A stretch of DNA of 64,000 nucleotides, taken from assembly GCA_040901675.1 (NCBI GenBank), contig JBBDYJ010000017.1, positions 64,001 to 128,000 of the forward strand. Direction: 5' to 3'. The translations under genes and the position numbers were made by a program. Under the pieces are notes generated by a model. The model did no database searches and had not been told where the DNA came from. It was given only the letters and a program-made list of their open reading frames with translations. Position 1 is the stretch's first letter, and every line of letters starts with the position of its first letter. The stretch is from Pirellulales bacterium. GTDB lineage: Bacteria > Planctomycetota > Planctomycetia > Pirellulales > JAICIG01. Shown here piece by piece: positions 58,159 through 64,000 of the stretch.

Positions 58159-59553
58159 TCAGTATGGAAGATCGCCGCGCGGCTGTAAAGCGCGGGCCCG
58201 CGTCGCCCAGCACATCACCGCCAACAGCAGCAGCGCAAACCAGGTCGGCAGTCCCCAGGCCAACGTCAGGTCGCCGAGTGTCTTGCCCACGAGTCCCTTG
58301 GAACACAGCGGCCCCGTTGCCAGCAGCGGCGGCAGCAGCCAGTAGAGCCAGGTCCGCCGCTCGTTTACCAGCAGCCTGGCAAACAGAAAACAGGCCGGCA
58401 GCAGCACCACGTAATGGGCCTTGCTCGACATGGGACTCAACAGCAGCATCAGGCACAAGACCGCGGCACACTCGATGCCCGTTTGCACCTGGTCGAGCGG
58501 CAACGGCCGCGAGTCGAGGCTGGCGGCGGCCGGCGCGGAAAAGGGCTTACCAAGCCGCCAGGCGAACACCGCCACGAGTGCCGCGGCGGAGAACGCGACG
58601 AGGCCGCGGATCAGCCAGACCTGCCGCGGCATCAGGCCGGCCAGGGCCGAGGGGAGGCGGTCGGCCGTAGTGGGGAAGCCGGACTGAACCAGGCGGTTGA
58701 TCAGGCCGGCCAGCGACTGGTTGAGCACCAGGTCGCTGTCCCACACGCCCGGTGCGGTGCGGGCCACCTTCAGCAAGAACGTGCTCGTCCAATCGACCAG
58801 GTAGCTGCCGCCGTCTTGCTTGGGATAAACGAGGTCGCTGGCGCCGTTGAGAGCCAAGGCCACGGCGACCAGCAGCAGGGCCGCCTTGAATTTCCCCCGA
58901 TACACCAGATACGGCGCGAACAAGAGGGGAGTACACTTCATCGCGGCCGCCGCGCCCAGCCAGACGCCGGCGGCGATGTCGCGGCCTCGCCCCAGCCGGC
59001 AACAGCCGACGAGCAGCAAGGCGGCGATGACCATGTCGAACTGCTGGTTTTCCAAAGGGGCGGCCAGGAATCGGCCGGCGAGCAGCGTGCCCAGCAAGGC
59101 GGTGGCCAGCCAGCGTCCCGACAGCCGTTTGAGAGGAGGGCCTCCCGTCAGCCGCCAGGCGGAGGCAAACACGATCGAGGTCGCCAGCACGTTGAGGGCG
59201 TACCAGGCGGCCAGCGACTGGCGGTTATCGAGCCAGGAAAACGGGACCGCCAGCAGGGCCATCGCCGGTGGGTAGGCGTAGGCAACCGGCTCGGCACGAT
59301 GGATCACGAGGCCGGCCTGCATGCGGCGCGCGGCGCGGATGTAGCAGGTATGCCACTCGCTTCGTTCGCCTTTGCGGGTAAAGACAAAGCCGAAGACGAT
59401 GAACAACGCCGCGGCCGCGATCAGGATCCATCTGGCGGGTGTGGTCCAGCGAGTGCTGTTGCCCGCGTGAGGTGTGGGGCGTGCCGTTTGGTCGCGGGAC
59501 TGATCCAAGTCCGTTTTCCGGCGGGGTTGTTGGAGGCAGTGGGGCCGGAGCAT
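58159..59553 (-). CDS. GT87/DUF2029 membrane glycosyltransferase
   Basis: YAYPPAMALL, NQQFD, AAAMKCTPLLF, NQSL and LLSPMSSKAHY; many TM helices. The start is uncertain. Confidence 0.8.
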   Translation of the reverse strand: MLRPHCLQQPRRKTDLDQSRDQTARPTPHAGNSTRWTTPARWILIAAAALFIVFGFVFTRKGERSEWHTCYIRAARRMQAGLVIHRAEPVAYAYPPAMALLAVPFSWLDNRQSLAAWYALNVLATSIVFASAWRLTGGPPLKRLSGRWLATALLGTLLAGRFLAAPLENQQFDMVIAALLLVGCCRLGRGRDIAAGVWLGAAAAMKCTPLLFAPYLVYRGKFKAALLLVAVALALNGASDLVYPKQDGGSYLVDWTSTFLLKVARTAPGVWDSDLVLNQSLAGLINRLVQSGFPTTADRLPSALAGLMPRQVWLIRGLVAFSAAALVAVFAWRLGKPFSAPAAASLDSRPLPLDQVQTGIECAAVLCLMLLLSPMSSKAHYVVLLPACFLFARLLVNERRTWLYWLLPPLLATGPLCSKGLVGKTLGDLTLAWGLPTWFALLLLAVMCWATRARALQPRGDLPY

Positions 59554-59577
59554 AGCCGCCCGGCGGCCGGTGGATCA

Positions 59578-59965
59578 ATAGCGGCGGATCCGCCGCGGCG
59601 CGGCGTAGCCGGATTGGCCAGAAATTCGGGCGCAGCGCCGTAGCCCGATTCGTTCGGGCGCAGCGCCGTAGCCGGATTCGCCAGAATTCGGGCGTCTTCC
59701 GCTCTTTTCGTAGCCGGATTCGCCAGAATTCGGGCTGCCTTGGCGTGTCCGAACGCTTCGCTCCGCGGCGTTGTGCGTGAAGGGATTCAAGAATTCTTGG
59801 GAAATCGTGTTCGGTTGGCGGCCGAAAAGCCCCCTATAGAGATAGGGAGCTCTCCAGCGTTGTCGCGGCCCTCGTAAGGTAGCCCTCATCCCGGCGCGCG
59901 GCTCGACTGAGCTCGCCGAAGTCCGGGACGTGAGGTTCAAAGTAGCCCTCACCCTCCGGGTGAGG
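59578..59965. repeat. GTAG-REP cluster: four family C-like units, then two GTAGCCCTCA hairpins, one carrying element B (59900-59923)
   Basis: gtagccggattcgccagaattcgggc and variants at 59605, 59640, 59668 and 59710; gtagccctca at 59879 and 59942. Confidence 0.85.
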
Positions 59966-60068
59966 TGCTTGCGGCGCGTTGGCAAGCCTGGCAGCCCCGC
60001 GGACCGCGGGACCGAATTTCGCCGTTCACAATAGGGAGGGACCCGGCGCAGGCCGGGTCCGACACACC

Positions 60069-60323
60069 ATGGCAAATCAACATCGCGCTGGGGCGAAGCG
60101 GGGCTCGAGCGCCTGCGAGAGCGGTCTGGAAGACCCCGCCGTGAAGCTGGCGGACTGCATCTGCTGGTTCCTCAGCAGCGTGAGCGGGTCGCGGAAGATG
60201 GCCCGGACGCTGCAAAAAGAAGCGGACCAGCGGGGGATCACTTTGGAGCAACTTCTCGCTGCGGCATTGACCGAGTGCATCCGTGAGCGCTTTGTCGTGA
60301 CGCAGCGAGAGGTGCTGAACTAG
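60069..60323 (+). CDS. 84-aa hypothetical protein, possibly ribbon-helix-helix-like
   Basis: LQKEADQRGITLEQLLAAAL pattern; GC3-rich codons. Confidence 0.5.
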   Translation: MANQHRAGAKRGSSACESGLEDPAVKLADCICWFLSSVSGSRKMARTLQKEADQRGITLEQLLAAALTECIRERFVVTQREVLN

Positions 60324-60353
60324 ACCTAGCGGACAAGCGACTTGCGCGGTTAT

Positions 60354-61013
60354 TCAGCCGGCCGATTCGGTCCCCCCGTCGAGACCGAACCTGTCCCTCA
60401 GCTTTTGCTTGGCCCGCGCGATGCGCATCCGGACGGCGTCGACCGTGCCGTTGACCGCGGCCGCAATTTGGCCCAGGGTTCGCCCGTGCAGGTGCAGCTC
60501 GAAGATCCGACGATCGAGCGACCCCAGCGACTGGAGCGCCGTGGCCGACAGGTCCGCGCGCTCTGCTATCTCGGCGGGGCCGGGCTGCCGCGCCGGCAAG
60601 TCGAGCTGGGCAGCCGTCCGCTTGTCTTCACGGCGGATGTCGCGGCACTCGGCCATGTGCCTGTCGGTGTGCTTGCGAATCTTGTCTTGCACCAAGCTCG
60701 ACAGGCGCGCCTCGACGTCTTGACGGCTAACGAGTTGATACTTGCCGTTGTGCAGCACCTCGACAAACTCGGACATGGCCGACTGGAAAATATCGCTCTC
60801 GCGAAGGCGCGGGTCCAGCTTGCGGTTGCGCATAAGCCGGTCGGTGATGACGCGCAGGTAGTCCCAATACTCGCGGACGAACTGATCCATGGCGGCCCTG
60901 TCGCCGGCTCGGATTCGGGCGAACAGGTCCGCCAGCTCGCGATCGGGTTCCTCGGTTTTGTCGCTGTCGGCGGTCTTGTCGCTGTCGGCGGATTTGCGAT
61001 CCGCGTTGTCCAT
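60354..61013 (-). CDS. ECF-type sigma factor
   Basis: LFARIRAGDRAAMDQFV, ESDIFQSA and DRRIFELHLHGRTLGQIAAAVNGTVDAVRMRIARAKQKL; RBS AAAGGA. Confidence 0.85.
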   Translation of the reverse strand: MDNADRKSADSDKTADSDKTEEPDRELADLFARIRAGDRAAMDQFVREYWDYLRVITDRLMRNRKLDPRLRESDIFQSAMSEFVEVLHNGKYQLVSRQDVEARLSSLVQDKIRKHTDRHMAECRDIRREDKRTAAQLDLPARQPGPAEIAERADLSATALQSLGSLDRRIFELHLHGRTLGQIAAAVNGTVDAVRMRIARAKQKLRDRFGLDGGTESAG

Positions 61014-61082
61014 GATGTGTTCCTTTCTGAAGTGAGCCGGGAAAAGAAGAGACGGGAGCCCGCTTGTTACACCTGAGATTGC

Positions 61083-64000
61083 GTTTGGTCAAGCAGATTC
61101 CGTTCATCCGCACGGCGCAGGCATGAGCGGCTCAGGACCCGCCATCTGGCGGCGTTCCAGGCACTGGAGCCGCGCCACCTGCTGACCACCACCATCGGCA
61201 TCGACGACGTGACGCTGGACGAGGCCGACAGCGGCACCGTCAACGCCGTCTTCACCGTCACGCTCTCCGAGGCCCAGGGAGAGGATGTGACCGTCGGCTA
61301 TGCCACCGCCGACGGCACCGCCGCCGCGCCGGGCGACTATACCAGCACGTCGGGCAACATCGTGTTTCTGGCCGGGCAGGTCTCCAAGACGATCTCGGTG
61401 GCGGTGGCTGGCGACACGGTCCAGGAGGCCGACGAGACGTTCTACGTCAACCTGACGCCGCCGGGCGGCATCACGGGCGATACCCAGGGGCTGGGCACCA
61501 TCCGCGATGCCAGCACGTTTGCCCCCAATGCGGTGGCCGAAGAAAACCCCAGCCTCGGCGACGACCGCATCGACCGTTTTGGCGGAGGTTTCAGGACTTC
61601 TCTGCCGCTGGCGGGCGACCAGGATTTCCTGGTCTACAACTCCAACACCAACGACCGGCCGCTGATCGTGATCGAGACGGAGGTCAAGTCGGGCGTGCAG
61701 GTTCCCTCCCGGATCGAGGCGCAGTTGAAGTTCGACGGCGTGGCGGGCGACACGGTCTATTACAGCACTTTCATGCTTTCAGCCGGCACGAGCGTCCGCA
61801 TCGTTTTGGAGGCCGACGCCACCAGCCTGCCCAGCGGGCATTACCCCTGGGAGGTGACGCTCACCGCCGTCTACTCCGGTAGCAGCTACACCCGCAAGTT
61901 CTTCGGCGAACAGAACGTGGTGAACCGCTCCGAGAGCGAGCTGGGCAGCCGCTGGCACGTCCGCGAGTTGGACCGGCTGTTTGTCGACGACGACGGCGTG
62001 CTGCTGGTCAAGGGGGACGGCGAGGCCCTCTGGTACAGCGACAATGGCGACGACACCTACACCCGGCCCGCCGAGGACATCGAATTCGCCGTCCTGGTGA
62101 AAAACGGCGACGGCACGTACACCCGGACCACGAAGCACGGCGACCAGCAGGACTTCAGCGCCGCGGGACTGATCACGTCGCGGTCCGACTCCAACGGCAA
62201 CACCAAGACGTACACCTACACCGATGCCGATGGCGACAGCGAGGTCGACGAGCTGTGGAAGATCACCGACGCGGTGGGGCGGATCACCACGCTGGCCTAC
62301 TCCGGCGGCTTCCTCGATTACATCGACGACTTCGCCGGCCGCCGCACCGAAGCCACGGTCAGCTCCGGCAAGCTGACCACCTACGTGCTGCCCGATCCGG
62401 ACGACGGCGGACCTTTGTCGTCGCCCACGATCACCTTGACCAACAGCGGGTCGGGCGGCCTGTTGAGCCAGGTCACCGATCCGGTCGGCCGCAACACGGA
62501 TCTGGACTACGACTTCGCCCACCGGATCAGCACCGCGACCAATCCGGACACCACCACCTGGGAAGTGGATCCCGCGCAGACCCGCGGCCTGGTCGATACC
62601 AGCTCCGGCGTGGGCACGAGCCCCAGCAACCTGGCGACTTTGTACAATCCGATGTTCGCCTACGCGCCGATGACTGACCCGCGGGGCAATGCATCGAGCT
62701 TTACGTTCAACCGCTTTGGCGACACGCTCAACGAGACCCAGCCGTTGAGCAGCGTCACGACGCTGGAGCGCAACGAGCACGGCCTCGTCACCCGGCGGAC
62801 CGATCCGGATCCGGACGACACCGGACCTCTGACCAGCCCCGTCACGGAGGCGGCTTACGACACGCGTGGCAATGTCACCTTGTTGACGCGGCCGGACGAC
62901 AGCGAGCGGTCGTGGAGCTACGACAGCACGTTCAATCGGGTCACGTCGGCCACCGACGAGCTGGGCCGCCAGAAGGTTTACACCGTGTCCCCCACGAACG
63001 GCAACGTGACTTCGGCGCGCGAGGTGATCGGCCAGGCCGATACGCCGCAGAACGAAGAGACCGACGACCTGGTGACCAGCTACACGTATCTGACCGGCGC
63101 GGGTGTGGCGGGGCTGGTCGATACCGAGACCGACCCTCTGGGGCGCGTCACCGACTGGGATTACAACTCGCGGGGGCTGGTCACCAAAATCACCTATGCC
63201 AAGGGGACCGTGGACGAGGCCTTCGTGACGTACGAGTACAACACGGCCGACATGCCGACCGCCTTTGTCGACGAGCTGGGCAGGCGCACCGAATGGCAAT
63301 ACGACAAGCTCGATCGTGTGACCCGCCGTACCGAAAGCGACCCGGATGGGGCGGGACCACTCACCAGTCCTGTCTGGCAATGGGAATACGACTCCGCTTC
63401 CGAAGTCACCAAGGAGGTTGACCCTCTTGGGAGAGAGACGACCTGGACCTACGAGAATTCGGGCCGCCGGATCGTGATGCGCGAGCCGGACCACGATGGC
63501 AACGGCCAGTTGACCGTCACCACGATCGAGCTGGACGCAAACTGGAACATGACCAGCGACACCGACAGTCTCGGGCGGGTGACCACCCACGAATTTGATG
63601 CCCTGAACAGGCGCACCAAAACCGTCAGGCCCGACCCCGACGGAGCAGGGCCGCTCGCGCCGCTCGCCAGTCCCGTAACCATCTGGGCTTACGACAATTT
63701 GGATCGAGTCACCACGGTCACGGAGACGGCCCTCGGTTCGAACGCGCCCCCATCGGTGACCGGGATTGCCGACATGACGGTTGCCCAGGGGACCGCCCGC
63801 AGCGAGGCCGACCTGTGGGCCGCCTTCAACGATGGCCAGGACGCCGACGGCGCGCTGCGCTATTCGATCACGAGCAACTCGAACCCGGCGCTGTTCGACG
63901 CCATTTACCGCTCGGCCGAGAACCCCGCCAAGCTGGTGCTCGACTACGCGGAGAACGTCACCGGCACGACGACGCTTGTCATCAAGGCCACCGACACGGG
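61083..64000 (+). CDS. 5' part of a large Calx-beta plus Rhs/YD-repeat protein, open to the window end (not in the ORF track)
   Basis: Frame reads RHLAAFQALEPRHLLT, Calx-beta (VTVGYATADGTAAAPGDY...DETFYVNL), YD repeats (TDPLGRVTDWDYNSRG, DELGRRTEWQYDKLDR) and PDPDGAGPL.SP motifs. No stop seen before 64000. Confidence 0.88.

Noticed and set aside
59605..59735. Possible CRISPR array (also the pair at 36087-36148)
   Set aside because: Units are degenerate, the spacers are only about 10-20 nt and partly identical, there are no cas genes, and the same motif is dispersed as a REP.

Overview
High-GC chromosomal window, most likely from a planctomycete (Pirellulales-like). The lineage call is inferred from DUF1559, DUF1080, RRL-x-FE-x-LE-x-R export leaders, an ECF sigma/Ser-Thr kinase pair and PQQ propellers. 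Core and metabolic genes: hpnCDE squalene operon divergent from ispH, terC, xylA-type isomerase, purE, acyl-CoA dehydrogenase, arfB, ppk2, csrA and tRNA-Asp(GTC). Envelope and signalling loci: two MacA/MacB-like efflux clusters with no ATPase gene (one with a 964-aa TolC), an ECF sigma plus kinase-WD40-TPR pair, and the 5' part of a Calx-beta/Rhs protein that the ORF track misses because it runs off the window. Best candidates for undescribed systems: (1) an operon of giant TPR protein, ExbB, ExbD and a 1183-aa protein with a TonB/TolA-type SxxxH anchor, a long disordered linker and a prenyltransferase-like barrel where TonB_C would be; (2) a 24-nt palindromic mini-element present four times, each time inside another repeat, once as a precise insertion relative to an empty paralogous site; (3) a low-GC secreted Ig-repeat protein with a translationally coupled partner gene. 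All family assignments come from motif recognition by eye; no database searches were run.
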